A stretch of DNA of 64,000 nucleotides, from positions 32,177,360-32,241,359 of the forward strand of contig NC_043019.1 of NCBI RefSeq assembly GCF_006345805.1. The letters run 5' to 3'. This document shows, in pieces, positions 12,198 to 25,575 of the stretch (position 1 is the first letter of the stretch; each line of letters opens with the position of its first letter). The stretch comes from Octopus sinensis (taxonomy: Eukaryota). The position numbers were made by a program, and so were the translations under genes. A model generated the notes under the pieces. It saw only the letters and a list, made by a program, of their open reading frames with translations. It had not been told where the DNA came from and searched no databases.

Positions 12198-12884
12198 GCA
12201 TTCAGGTTACTCATACATCATTGAAATCTTGAAGCTTTGAGATAATGTGTGTCTTTTTGAAATTACGTTGTAGGGTAGGTGTAAGAGGCTGGATCAAGTC
12301 AGGTTGAATGTGAAATGGAGAATATTTCGGGCCAGATATGGTCAGTTTAAACGCTAAATGGTTATGTTAGTATTGTTATTTTTCGGGATGGTCATTTAAT
12401 TTTCTTGCCAAATAAACACACACACACACACTATTCATTCTTCACTCCTTTGTTGTTGTTCTTATTTTATCTTATGTCCATTGTCTGGAAATCTTTCATC
12501 CCACATCTGTGACCTCTTCAGCAACTCTTCCATCCATGTGTTTCTTCCTGTTCTGTTTAGTCCATTCGCTCTTTCCATGATTGATTTCACAGCAGGGATC
12601 TTACAAAATGAATTCATAAATATAAGGTTAAATTAGTGTTTAGAATATAAATTAACATGAAAATTTGATAGTAGATTTTTATTTAGGTCACAGGAAAACA
12701 GGAGGTTTGTATCATAGACCGAAGGGTTTTCTCAGGTGTATCACGAGGGTTAAAGGACCTCACTTTGAGAAACCCTGTCTTAGGACTACCTTTTGTTTAG
12801 AAATCCTCTCTGATCTGCATGACGATGATCAGAGATCAAATTAATCAGAAATTAGTGCAATTGTAAATCATTTTGAAATTTTGT

Positions 12885-13265
12885 GTGCGATAAGAAGTTT
12901 GCTTCCCAACCACATGTTTTCAGGTTCAGTCCCACTGCGTGGCACCTTGGGCAAATACCTTTTATTATAGCCTCAGGCTGACCAAAGCCTTGTGAGTAAC
13001 AAAAACTGAAAGAAGTCCATCATGTGTGTGTGTATCTTCGTGCTTGTATTGTATTTGTCCCTAACTATTTGATTGATGTTGTTGGTTTGTTTACAACCCT
13101 GTGACTTAGCAGTTTGGCTAAAGTGACTGATAGATTAATGTTTCAGACTTCAAAAAAAAGAATGAAAGAAAAGAAGCACTGTGGTTGATTTGTTCAGCTT
13201 AAACCCTTCAAGGCGGAACCCCCTCAGAGTGGCCACAGTTCAATGACTGAAACAAGTAGATCTCA
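12885..13265 (+). mobile_element. SINE family A, diverged
   Basis: Family A modules in order. Confidence 0.7.
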
Positions 13266-13635
13266 AAAGATGTAGTTAATTGTCTGAATAATTATAATCA
13301 TTATAACCATTAAGAGAAATCGGGTGACCTTTTTTTTCTTTTTTTTTTTTGTATATGGTAGTTTGTTCTTAATAGCAAATGGCCTTCTCAATACACTCCT
13401 GTTTCTTCTTTGGGTCTCTTATCAACTTATTTAGACCTCCTTGTTGACCTTTGGGGTGGATGAATGAAAGCCAAAAGCATTTATTTTTTTCTTTCTTTTT
13501 TGTGTGTCAGTTGGCGCTAAAAATTCAAGGACCATGTGTATGAATATTTTCTTGTTTGGAATGTCAATGTGTGTGAGCATGTGTTTATATATGTGTGTTT
13601 ATGTATTGTCTATGTGTGTGTGTGCGTGTGTGTAT

Positions 13636-13670
<35 letters not shown>

Positions 13671-14279
13671 TGTATGTATATATGTACTGTGTATCTTGAG
13701 ATCCGGCAATAACAGAACAGCTCTGCTTCAATTATGAACGCTCTACTACACAGAATGTTAGCCACACCCGTTATGTCATCGGAACTTTGCACAGTTGGGG
13801 TGTTGTGATAGGAGAAAGTGTCGGCGGGAGGGAGGGGGGGACAGACGGAGGAAGAAAGGGAGGGTGGGAGAGAGAGAGAGAGAAAGAGAGAACAAGGAGT
13901 CCTTTCATAGAGTAAGAACAGACTTGTATGTTGCAGTTGTTGTTGTTGGTTGTGCTGCTGTTGTCATGGTTTACAAGAAGGGCGGTGGAGGGGCACGCAG
14001 AAACTGTAAAGTGCTGAGCCTTGCACTATTTAGTTCTGCACCTCAGCATACTGAGATCAAATCCCACTAGAGTTCATTATAGTCAGAATCAACTACAGTG
14101 TCGGTAAAGTAAACACCAATCATTTATATCGCGCTTCGTTCGACAAGTGTGTGGCCTTGTATCAGTTTAGGAAATGCCATTGTTAATAATTATTATTAAC
14201 TTTATTATGTAATTGTACCTGTCAATTTTGGAGATGACAGTAAACAATTAATATTAATGTAACAGCTATTGACAGTTGA

Positions 14280-14589
14280 CATTACACTGGAATATCACTG
14301 TGATCACCATGACCGACCAGGCTATCAGATGTTGCTACACATCGCTGGTCACAATGCGCTTCGCATTGTTTTAGCCTTCGAACGACGCCACCCCGCTGGC
14401 TAAGTGAGCAGGCCAACAGAAGAAAGAGTGAGAGAAAGTTGTGGCGAAAGAGTACAGCAGGGGTCGCCACCATCCCCTGCCGGAGCCTCATGGAGCTTTA
14501 GGTGTCTCCGCCCAATAAACACTCACAACGCCCCGTCTGGGAATCAAAACTGCGAGTCGACTGCCCTAACCACTGGGCCATTGCGCTTC

Positions 14590-14590
<1 letters not shown>
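14280..14590 (-). mobile_element. SINE family D (tRNA-like head gtggaggcgcaatggcccagtggttagggcag)
   Basis: Homologous to 40833-41070; A-box TGGCCCAGTGG and B-box-like ttcgattcc; resembles octopus tRNA-derived SINEs from memory. Confidence 0.75.
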
Positions 14591-14626
<36 letters not shown>

Positions 14627-14707
14627 TGTTAAGAATGTCAGTAGAGAGTACAGTATAAAGCTCATCCACCTTCAGATTTCACCCTGTGTTGACTCCAACA
14701 TTTCAAC

Positions 14708-14748
<41 letters not shown>

Positions 14749-14756
14749 ATATATAT

Positions 14757-15814
14757 AGGAGATAAATAAAATATATGCATACATACAAACATATATGTAC
14801 GTACCTACATCTACATGTATATATACATGCATATATAAATTTATACGGGAGTACAGGACATCACAATAAGACGTAGAAACGGAAAAAGCCAAAAAAACAA
14901 AAAACAAGAAAACGGAAAAAAAAAAAAACAAATACAGGACGAGCTACACAAGGACAAAACCCCCGTCATCAGCTGTTGCTAGAGGAGTCAGGCATGTTTC
15001 GAAGGCATAACGAAACACTAATCCAATAGGCCTTCCTGCGAGAGAATTAAAATAAAATTTCAAGCAGCGGGGCACAATGAGTACGAACACAAACAAGACG
15101 TAACAATAAGACTGCAAAATTAAAATACATGTACAAAAACAAACACAAGAGGACGAACGAAAAAGCCTTTTTTCTGGCATAGACAAACAATAAAACTGCA
15201 AAAATAAAAATACATGTACAAAAAGTACAATTAGTTACAAAATGAGAAAATAAACAAGAATACTATACAGGAAATCAACCACACAAGGGACGAACGAAGA
15301 AGCCTTTTGCTGGCAAGGACGAAAGTGTAGTAGCAGCGCGTGGAGGCAGTCTTTTCAATAGTGGGAACCACGTGTAAAGGAATTGTTTTATAGGCAAGGA
15401 AGAGAGGAAAGAGGAGGAGGACACGCGGCGAAGAAGAGAGAGGAGGAGGGGGGAGGGAGAGAGAGGGAAAGATTGAAGAGGTTAAAGCAAAGGGAGAGAG
15501 TACCGCATCTTCAATATAATAATATAAACATAAAAAAAAGGGACCAAGAAGTGGATCGAAACACGACGAATCGGAACGAACCTGATGCGGGGCGCTGTCA
15601 GACAATAAGGAGATAAATAAAAATATATGCATACATACAAACATATATGTACGTACCTACATCTACATGTAATATACATGCATATATAAATATTTATACG
15701 GAGTACAAGACATCACAATAAGACGTAGAAACGGAAAAAGCCAAAAACAAAAAACAAGAAAACGGAAAACGAAAAACAAATACAGGACGAGCTACACAAG
15801 GACAAAACCCCCGT
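14757..15814 (-). mobile_element. Element with about 210-bp terminal direct repeats (LTR-like or pseudo-LTR-like), non-coding
   Basis: 14757-14966 and 15608-15814 near-identical; 641-bp interior; both outer flanks (TA)n. Confidence 0.65.
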
Positions 15815-17000
15815 ATATATATATATATATATTATATCATATCATATTTGTCAGCATACAAGTTGATGTAATATATAGTGTAGACATGTTAGCATAATCT
15901 GTCTTTCCAAATCCTGCTGCATTTCACATGGAAATACTTGGTCTTTCAAACATGTCTTGTAGCATAAGTTAATGTAGCCTTTTTAAAAAATTTTTTCTAG
16001 TTTTTTCCAGTAAATTATTGTCTGCAAAATTCTTGCATGTCGCTAGGAAATACAGGAACCACATGGTTCCAGGTTCAGTTCCACTGTGTGGCATCTTGGG
16101 CAAGTGTCTTGTACTACAGCCTCGGGCTAACCAAAGCCTTGTGAGTGGATTTGCTAAACAGAAACTGAAAGAAGCCCGTTGTATATATGTATATATAAAT
16201 ATGTGTGTATCTGTGTTTGTCCCCCCAACATTGCTTGACAACTAATGCTGGTGTGTTTACGTCCCCGTAACTTAGTGGTTCCGCAAAAGAAACCGATAGA
16301 ATAAGTACTAGGCTTACAAAGAATATCTCATTCTCGTAATGTTTGGCCATTTGCTATTGTCAGGATTCAGAGTGGGGGGGGGGGCGAGGGGCAGAGGAAT
16401 TGGAGGGGCACTTGTCCAGCTTGGGATGGTTCTGGATCTGGGGGCTGTCTTGAATGACCCCCTACTTGGAAAGTCATCCTGTATTAGAAGGTTAATGAAA
16501 TTATTTGTATGCTATATCTACACGTATTTTATTTGGTTTCTTTCTCATATGAGCTCCATGTAAATGCCCCCCCCCCAATCTACGTAGTCTATCTTTATAA
16601 TCTCCTTTTCGTCTGATGCCACTGTGGTAAATGAAAGCAATCATCATCATCGTTTTCATTATTACTATTATCTTGGCAGCAGAGTGCTGACTCAGAAGGG
16701 CGCCAGACGAAATGTCAAGCACCATTTCATTCCATTTCTAAGTTCAGAATTCCCCACCCAAGTCAACTTTGCCTTTCTACCTTTTCTGATGTCATCAATA
16801 AAATAAGTAGCAAATAAATAATTAAGTATGGTGTGTGTGTGTGTGTGTGTGTCGACGGTGGTGGGGCAGTGGACTTGATTGTAATCAGTTAGCTAAACCC
16901 TTGAATGTGGTATCCCCTCCGATGTCTACCACATGCAACAACAATCCAGCAACTTGCGAATCAGTAAAAGAAAGCAAATAAGTCATCGTAATCATTGTCA

Positions 17001-17364
17001 TTTTAAGTCATCATTGTTGTTTTAAGTCGTCATCATCGTTTTAAGTCGTCTTCGTCGTCGTCATTTCAAGTCATCGTCGTCGTTTCAAGTTGTCATCATC
17101 GTTTCAAGTCGTCTTTGTCGTTTCAAGTCGTCATCGTCGTCATTTCAAGTCATCATCGTTATTTCAAGTCATCATCATCATTTCAAGTCATCGCCGTCAT
17201 TTCAAGTCATCATCGTCGTTTCAAGTCTTCGTCGTTTCAAGTCATCGTCATTTCAAGTCGTCACCGTCGTTTCAAGTCATCACCGTCATTTCAAGTCGAC
17301 GTCGTCGTTTCAAGTCATCACTGTCGTTTCAAGTCGACGTCGTCGTTTCAAGTCGTCATCGTTG
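17001..17364. repeat. 19-unit minisatellite TTTCAAGTC(RTC)nR
   Basis: 15 units of 19 bp plus units of 16, 16, 22 and 25 bp. Confidence 0.95.
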
Positions 17365-17504
17365 TTTCAGGTAAAATAAGGTAATGGTTCCCCACTGACC
17401 AGAAAGTCACCATCATGCAAACTGTGTTTTCCATTTCCAATTTTCCAGGTAAACACACCTGGTCATGGAGAAATATTACCTCACAGGCAATATTCTTTTA
17501 TTCT

Positions 17505-17887
17505 TTTTGCTTCAGTCATTTGATTATGACCATGCTGGAGCACCACCTTAAAGGGATTTTTCAGTCAAAGAAATCAACCCTGGGATTATTTTTGTTTTTT
17601 ATTCTTTGTAAGCCTAGTACTTATTCTATTGGTCTCTTTTGCTGAACTTCTAAGTTACAGGGATGTAAACACACTAACATTGGTTGCCAAGTGACGACGG
17701 GGGGGGGGGGCGCACACACACACAAATATATATTCTTTCAGTTTCTAACTCCCAAATCCACTCAGAAGGCTTTGGTCAGCTCGAAGCTGTAGAAGAAGAC
17801 ACTTGCCCAAGGTGCCATGCAGTGGGACTGAACCTGGAACCATGTGTTTGGGAAGCTAGCTTCTTACCACACAACCATGCCTGCGCC
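17505..17887 (-). mobile_element. SINE family A
   Basis: Family A consensus, reverse strand. Confidence 0.75.
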
Positions 17888-18513
17888 TATTGTGGACATT
17901 AAAACGACGATGATGTTGATTGTTAATTGCATAAAATCTCCTTTTTCTACCCTTCATCTTTATATAAACTTGATTTTTTTTTTCCCTTCTTGTGTTTTTG
18001 TAAGATTTTCGCCGTGTAACAGGATTGTTTTCATTTTACGTTTTAGGGTCTCTTTTAATATTTTTTTTATTGTTGTATTTTGTATTGTTGCTGTTTTTGT
18101 GGGTGGGGGGGTCTTTTGTACCCAAACATTACAACATTACATAAGCCCTACATTCCTGAAGATTTTGCTTGTGGCATGAATAAAGTTCCCTAACTCGAAG
18201 CCTTTTTTCTCGTTTACTTCCTTATAGAAAATAATTCACATCAAAGGAATTTCACATCACAGCAAAATTTTCAAGAATGCAATACTTCCATAACACAAGT
18301 TTGCCTGGATTTTATCGTAATTTTTTAACCTTTATAGCTAAAAACAAAAAAAAACAGTCGTTACCATAATTATTAAGGCAGTGAGCTGGTATAATCATTA
18401 TTGCCCGACACAAAATGCTTAGCAGCATTTCTTTCGACTCATTACATAGGGAATTCATATTCCACCAAGGTCGATTTTACATTTCATCTTCACAGGGGTC
18501 GATGAAATAAGTA

Positions 18514-18663
18514 AGGAGTCGCTGTGTGGTAAGTAGCTTGCTTACCAACCCCATGGTTCCGGGTTCAGTCCTACTGCATGGTATCTTGAGCAAGTGTCTT
18601 CTACTATAGCCTCGGGCCGACCAAAGCCTTGTGAGTGGATTTGGTTGACGGAAACTGCCCATG

Positions 18664-18697
<34 letters not shown>

Positions 18698-19148
18698 CGT
18701 GTATGTTTGTGTGTCTGTGTTTGTCAAATGAGTGAAACAAATAAAAGAAAAAAGAAAAAAAAAAAAGAAAAGTGGATGTGTGGTAAGCTGCTTGCTTATC
18801 AACCACATGGTTCCCGGTTGAGTCCCACTAAGTGGTATCTTGGGCAAGCGTCTTCTACTATAGCTTCGGGCTGAAGACAGCCATATATATATATTATATA
18901 TATATATGTATGTATATATATATATATTTTTGTTTGTGTTTGTGTGTCTGTGTTTGTCCCCCCCCCAACATCGCTTGACAACCGATGCTGATGTGTTTAC
19001 GTCCCTGTAACTTAGTGGTTCGGCAAAAGAGACCGATAGAATAAGTACTAGGCTTACAAAGAATAAGTCCTAGGGTTGATTTGCTCGACTAGAGGTGGTG
19101 CTCCAGCATGGCCACAGTCAAATAACTGAAACAAGTAAGAGTAAAGAG
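18514..19148 (+). mobile_element. SINE family A with two tandem heads
   Basis: Head module at about 18514 and 18770, single tail module. Confidence 0.75.
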
Positions 19149-19689
19149 AGAGTTACACACTGAGGTAGATTTAGTCAACTAGCACCCCCCCCCCCCTGAA
19201 TTTTAAGGTTTCATGCCTATCACTGAAAGGATTATCAGCATCATCGTTATCATCATCATCGTCGTCATCATTATCAGTAAGGCAACGATTTAGCTGCACT
19301 GTTAACACACTGGCTGAAAGTGCATAGCAGCGTTTTGTCCATCTTAGTTTTGAGGTCAAATTCCACCAAAGTCGACTTTTGCCTGTTGCCCTTTCAGGGT
19401 TATGAAGTAAAGTACCAGTTAAACACTCGGGTCGATGTAATCGATTACCTCATTATTATTAAGGTAGCAAGCTGGCAGAATTGTTAGCACGCTGGGTGAA
19501 ATGGTCACCTGTTTTTCGTCTGCTGCTATGTTCTGAGTTCAAATTCCACTGAGGCTTATGTTGCTTTTCATCCTTTCGGGGGCGATGAAATAGGTACCAG
19601 TTACACACTGAGGGTCAATATAATCGACTAACCCTCGTCCCTCTAAGTTTTCAAGGCCTTGTACCTAGAGTAGAAATAATTATTATTAA

Positions 19690-19911
19690 CCCTTTCATTA
19701 CTAACCTGGCTGAAATCGGCTCTGGCTCTGTGGTATAAATACCTTGTTTTCGTAAGTTTTGAATTAAAATCTTCCACCAAACCTTAGTCACAATTTATGT
19801 TCCTAACACTAGCTGAATGATAACTAAGTTATTTTACTAAATTCTTTGTTATATTTGAAATTAATTGAAAGAAACACAGAGTATCCCAAAATAAATAGGG
19901 TAATGAAAGGG
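19690..19911. mobile_element. piggyBac-like MITE (second family)
   Basis: TTAA-CCCTTTCATTAC ... GTAATGAAAGGG-TTTA. Confidence 0.7.
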
Positions 19912-20707
19912 TTTAGGTAGCAAGCTGGCAGAATCATTAGCACGCCAAGCGAAATGCTTACTAGTATTTCGTCCATGTTCGTGTTCTGAGTTCAAATTCC
20001 GCTGAAGTTGAATTTGCCTTCCATCTTTTCAGGGTCAGTAAATTAAGTACCAATAAAACACTGGGAACTGATGTAATCAACTAGACCCCTCTCTGCAAAT
20101 GTCCAGCCTTGTGCTTTCAGTAGAAAGGATTATTATTATTATTATTATTATTGAGTGAGAGAGCAGTTCATGCCATCAAAGTGACACTGGAGTACAAATA
20201 TACAAAGTCCAGTATACCCATCATGACTACCTGTCTGATAAGGATACACCAGGCACATGCATCACAACCATATGTGCACGACATGGTGATCTCATATCAA
20301 GATAAACAGCACATGACCTTGCAGGTGGGGCCCAGTTAGAATTTTCTTCTGGTCGAGTAACCCATCCCGCTCAAAAGATCCCTGCATAAGGGTTGCTTAA
20401 GGATGTTGGACGAAACACCAATGTTTCCAGAGGTGAATTATTCAAACCCCAAAGAATCCCTCTCAACACATGGCTATGATGCTCCCCCACTACTTCTGCT
20501 CATGATCAGAGATTGCACATTTCGTCAGCCACTCAGGGACATGCTCAACTGGTTACGGTCAAACAACTGACAAGCAAATCTGTGGTATTGAGCAGAATAT
20601 TTGCTGTAGCCCATCTTTTATACCAAGACAAAACAATGTACATGATAACACTTCCAATCAGTTATGATCAGAAGACACGAGAGCCACTGTCTGGTACTGC
20701 ATCAGGG

Positions 20708-20739
20708 CATTTATTATTATTATTATTATTATTATTATA

Positions 20740-20788
<49 letters not shown>

Positions 20789-20790
20789 TA

Positions 20791-20821
<31 letters not shown>

Positions 20822-20825
20822 CATC

Positions 20826-20857
<32 letters not shown>

Positions 20858-20892
20858 TATCATCATTATCATTATCATTATTATTATTATCA

Positions 20893-20923
<31 letters not shown>

Positions 20924-21062
20924 TATTATTATCATTATTATTATTATTATTATTATCATTATTATTATTATTATCATTATTATTATCATTATATTATTAT
21001 TATTATTATTATTATCATTATTATTATCATTATCATCATTATTATTATTATTATTATTATTG
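20708..21062. repeat. (ATT/ATC)n trinucleotide microsatellite
   Basis: Directly visible; explains poly-Ile and poly-Tyr ORFs. Confidence 0.95.
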
Positions 21063-21344
21063 ATGTAAATGCAGTTGATTCACAGAAACAGTTGTTGCAT
21101 CGAAAGGCAAACATTACAAGAAGAAATGGAATTTAATCAACTGTCATTTTCTCCAATAGAAACCATTCCTACTTTTCTGTTTAAAATCTTCAATATTTGA
21201 GAGATAAGCAGATTGGCAGAATTCGTGGAATCATCCTACGAAATGTCAAAATAACACCTGTTTCCCTTCCATACCTGCAAAATCTCCAGTAACGTGCCAA
21301 AGTTAGAAATTTTTATCGTTTTGTAGGTATTTATTCATATATAT

Positions 21345-21379
21345 ATATACACACATTCATACATGTATGTATGTGTGTA

Positions 21380-21416
<37 letters not shown>

Positions 21417-22359
21417 ATTTATCTACATATGTACATTATACATACGTATGTGTGTATATATATGTGTGTGTGTGTGTGTATATATATATATGTGTGTATA
21501 TATATATGTGTGTATATATATGTGTGTGTGTGTATATATATGTGTGTGTGTATATATATATGTGTGTGTGTATATATATATATGTGTGTGTATATATATA
21601 TGTGTGTGTATATATATATGTGTATATATATATATATATGTGTGTGTGTATATATATATGTGTGTATATATATGTGTGTGTGTGTGTATATATATATATA
21701 TAGGCTCTATTGGGGTGTTTTTGTTTTTTCTTCTGAATTCTGAAGCCTATTTGGAATTATAACTTCATTGTTTTGGCTGCTTTATCAATTTTGAAGTCTC
21801 GGTAAACACAGCCCCCCCCCCCACACACACACCACACCCCACCTCACCACCCACCACCACCCACCACCGCCGCCACCCTGCTCCAACCCCCTCTGCTATG
21901 GGTCGGTCCACTATTTTTGCAGTTTCTCTGTTTATCAAACTCTTGCTTTGTTAAGTCCTTTGTGGCTTTGTTAAAATATATGTGCGTACGTGTTTGCATT
22001 TGTGCGCATGTATGTGTGTGTGTGTGTGTATTTTCACACAACGCATGTGTAGGTTTGTGACTGCCTGATGGGAAATGCCTGTGTGTGCTCCTATCGCTCT
22101 TTGAGTCTTGAATTATCATTATGGTCTGTTCTGTTCTCATTTCTACCATATTGTTGGGTTTTTTACCCTATATTCTGTCTCCTGCCACCCCCCTCTTCTA
22201 TTCATGGTGTGTGTGTGTGTGTGTGTGCACGTGCATATATACATATGCATGGGTGTGTTTGCATCTATATATGTAATAAACATGCTTGCATGCATATACA
22301 TGCTTCTACATAAATCTTGGCATATTTCTGTGTCTACGTAAAATTGTCTGGATGCATAC

Positions 22360-22392
<33 letters not shown>

Positions 22393-22403
22393 TATACATA
22401 CAC

Positions 22404-22470
<67 letters not shown>

Positions 22471-22487
22471 CACACACATATACATAC

Positions 22488-22518
<31 letters not shown>

Positions 22519-22576
22519 TACATATATATATATAATATACACACATATCATACATATATATATATACACACACACA

Positions 22577-22620
<44 letters not shown>

Positions 22621-22808
22621 TACATACATATATACATATATATAATATATACACACACACATACATACATATATATAATATATACACACATATACATACA
22701 CATATATATATATATACACACATATTCATACATATATATATATATACACACACACATATTCATATATATATATATATACATACACACATACGTATATATA
22801 TGTGTGTA

Positions 22809-22842
<34 letters not shown>

Positions 22843-22845
22843 GAC
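21345..22845. repeat. (TA)n/(TG)n/(CA)n microsatellite fields
   Basis: Two long dinucleotide fields at about 21345-21702 and 22355-22842. Confidence 0.9.
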
Positions 22846-23186
22846 ATTTCCCCCCCGTTTTTTTGCCCTTTGGAAAGTCCTTGGTTATTTGCTAACCCAG
22901 GACCACCTACATGGAGTTTTTCTCATTAGGAGTTTATATTTAGAAGGAGGAAAAAAAAACAATTGACTTTTTAATTAATTATGTGATATTTTGTAGTATA
23001 ACGAGTTCTAATTTGTCACAGTTCCATAAAAGGTTACAAGAGTATACTTTTGGTTGTTTTTTTTTTTTGTTCTCTTTGTCTCACATCATAATGATGCTAG
23101 TTTCGCTTTGTGACACGGGACCCTGGATTTGTAAGCGTATAGTTTAGCAGTAGCTAGCTAGCATTAGCCCCTGTATGTAACTCTTT

Positions 23187-23586
23187 TTCTACTCTTTTAC
23201 TTGTTTCAGTCATTTGACTGCGGCCATGCTGGAGCACCGCCTTTACTCAAGCAACTCACCCCCCCCCCCCGGACTTATTCTTTGGAAGCCTAGTACTTAT
23301 TCTATCGGTCTCTTTTGCCGAACTGCTAAGTTACGGGGACATAAGCACACCACCATCGGTTGTCAAGTGATGTTGGTGGGGACAAACACAGACACACAAA
23401 CACACATACATATACATATATACGACGGGCTTTTTTAAGTTTCCGTCTCCCAAATCCACTCACAAGGCTTAGGTCGGCCTGAGGCTATAGTAGAAGACAC
23501 TTGCCCAAGGTGCCATGCAGTGGGAATGAACCCAGAACCATGTGGTTGGTAAGCAAGCTACTTACCACACAGCCACTCCTGCACCT
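23187..23586 (-). mobile_element. SINE family A, full length
   Basis: Family A consensus, reverse strand. Confidence 0.85.
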
Positions 23587-24094
23587 ATAAACTGTTACCT
23601 TTTTTTTGGTTATGTTGTGATTTCACCCTTTAGCATTTAAACCAGCCATATCAAGCCCAAATATTTTGACTGTTATATGTTCACCCTGGCCAGACCCATA
23701 AGCCTACTATTCAGTATCATTCTAGAAATAAACAATTGCATCATAGAAACCTAACGGCCATGAGATAATAATGCATGATTAATTCAAAAGAATGTGAATA
23801 AATAAGCATCTGAATGCTGAAGGATTATCCTTTAGTATTTCAAAATTTGAAATCAAACCACATCCAACGACTGGCACCCATGCCAACCTCCCTTCACTGG
23901 ACACTAAACTCTGCTTGCGAAGACCTTCAGGAACAAGTGAAATCGAAATTGAACCAAATCCTAATACTGGCACCTGGCCGTTGCCAGTGCCGCTGGACTG
24001 ACTCCTGTGCAGGTGGCAAGTAAAGGAACACCGTTTCGACCCTGTGCTTGAGGAGACCTATTGAGTCAAGTTGGAAATTGTAGTTGTGATCCCT

Positions 24095-24400
24095 GTGCCG
24101 GTGGCACGTAAAAAGCACCATCCGAACGTTGCCAGTGCCAGCGCCACCTTGACTGGCTTCCATGCCGGTGGCACGTAAAAAGCACCAACTGATCGTGGCC
24201 GTTGCCTGGCACCTGTGCCAGTGGCACGTAAAAAGCACCCACTACACTCATGGATTGGTTGGGGTTAGGAAAGGCATCCAGCTGTAGAAACACTGCCAGA
24301 TCAGACTGGAGCCTGGTGCAGCCTCCTGGCATCCCAGACCCCAGTCGAACCGTCCAACCCATGCTAGCATGGAAAACGGATGTTAAACGATGATGATGAT
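24095..24400 (+). mobile_element. SINE family C with three GTGCCGGTGGCACGTAAAAAGCACC units
   Basis: Hairpin-led repeats upstream of the aggaagggcatccagc domain and gatgatgat tail. Confidence 0.8.
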
Positions 24401-25024
24401 TTCAACTGACCATATCCAGCCCAACTTTTCTATCTGTTTAACCCTTTAACATTCAACAGGCTATATCTGGCATGCATATTCTGCCTGTTTCGTTTTTAAA
24501 CCTTGCAGATTTAGCCTCTCATACCTTTCCTACACTGTTGATTGCATCATTCAAATCTCAAATCTATGAGATAATGCATGATTAATTCAAAACATTGTGA
24601 ATAAATAAGCGTTACATCTGAGATGGTAATCTAAATGCTAAAGGTTTAAACTGGTCATATCTGGCCCAATATTTTATTTGTTTTATGTTCAAACTGGCCA
24701 AATCCGGCCTTTCACACCTACCCTACAATGTCATTCTAGAAATAATGCTTGGAATCAAACTTGGAATCTTGGGGTTAGTAGCCTGCACTCTTAACCACTA
24801 CGCCATATGCCCATGACACTTGCTCAAGGTGCCATGCATTGGGACTGAACTTGGAGCCATGTGGGTGGGAAGCAAGCTTCTTACCACACGGCTTCTTCTT
24901 TTACTTGTAATGGCATAATTCAAGGAAGATTTAGCTGCTATTTCTAGCAAGCTTGGAGACCACAATAAAGGTTTTGTATGTGCCAATCTCCTTGGCAATG
25001 TAGGATCAGCATAATGACAGCATA

Positions 25025-25333
25025 TTGGCAGAAACGTTAGCACACCGGGCGAAATGCGTAGCCGTATTTCGTCTGCCATTAAGTGTTCTGGGTTCAAATT
25101 CCGCCGAGGTCGACTTTGCCTTTCATCCTTTCGGGGTCGATAAATTAAGTACCAGTTACGCACTGGGGATCAAGGTAATCGACTTAATCCCTTTGTCTGT
25201 CCTTGTTTGTCCCCTCTATGTTTAGCCCCTTGTGGGTAGCGTGGCATCTTGGGCAAGTGTCTTCTGCTATAGCCCCGGGCCGACCAATGCCTTGTGAGTG
25301 GATTTGGTAGACAAAAACTGAAAGAAGCCTGTC

Positions 25334-25379
<46 letters not shown>

Positions 25380-25575
25380 CTGTGTTTGTCCCCCTAGCAT
25401 TGCTTGACAACCTATGCCGGTGTGTTTACGTCCCCGTAACTTAGCGGTTCGGCAAAAGAGACCGATAGAATAAGTACTGGGGTTACAAAGAATAAGTCCC
25501 GGGGTCGATTTGCTCGACTAAAGGCAGTGCTCCAGCATGGCCGCAGTCAAATGGCTGAAATGAGTAAAAGAGTAA
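25025..25575 (+). mobile_element. Family B SINE joined to a 5'-truncated family A SINE
   Basis: B ends cccttgtgggtagc, immediately followed by gtggcatcttgggcaag (A). Confidence 0.75.

Noticed and set aside
14985-15042. Hammerhead on minus strand (GAAGGC...GCCTTC-GAAACATG-CCTG)
   Set aside because: Stem II and GAAAC are present but there is no CUGANGA-like core, and the triplet ends in G
20513-21136. 207-aa Tyr/His-rich ORF and similar Ile/Tyr/Val/Cys-rich ORFs across the window
   Set aside because: Translations of (ATT)n, (TA)n and (CA)n microsatellites
24095-24240. CRISPR-like repeat-spacer pattern
   Set aside because: Spacers are related to each other, the array is part of a dispersed SINE, the context is eukaryotic, and there are no cas genes
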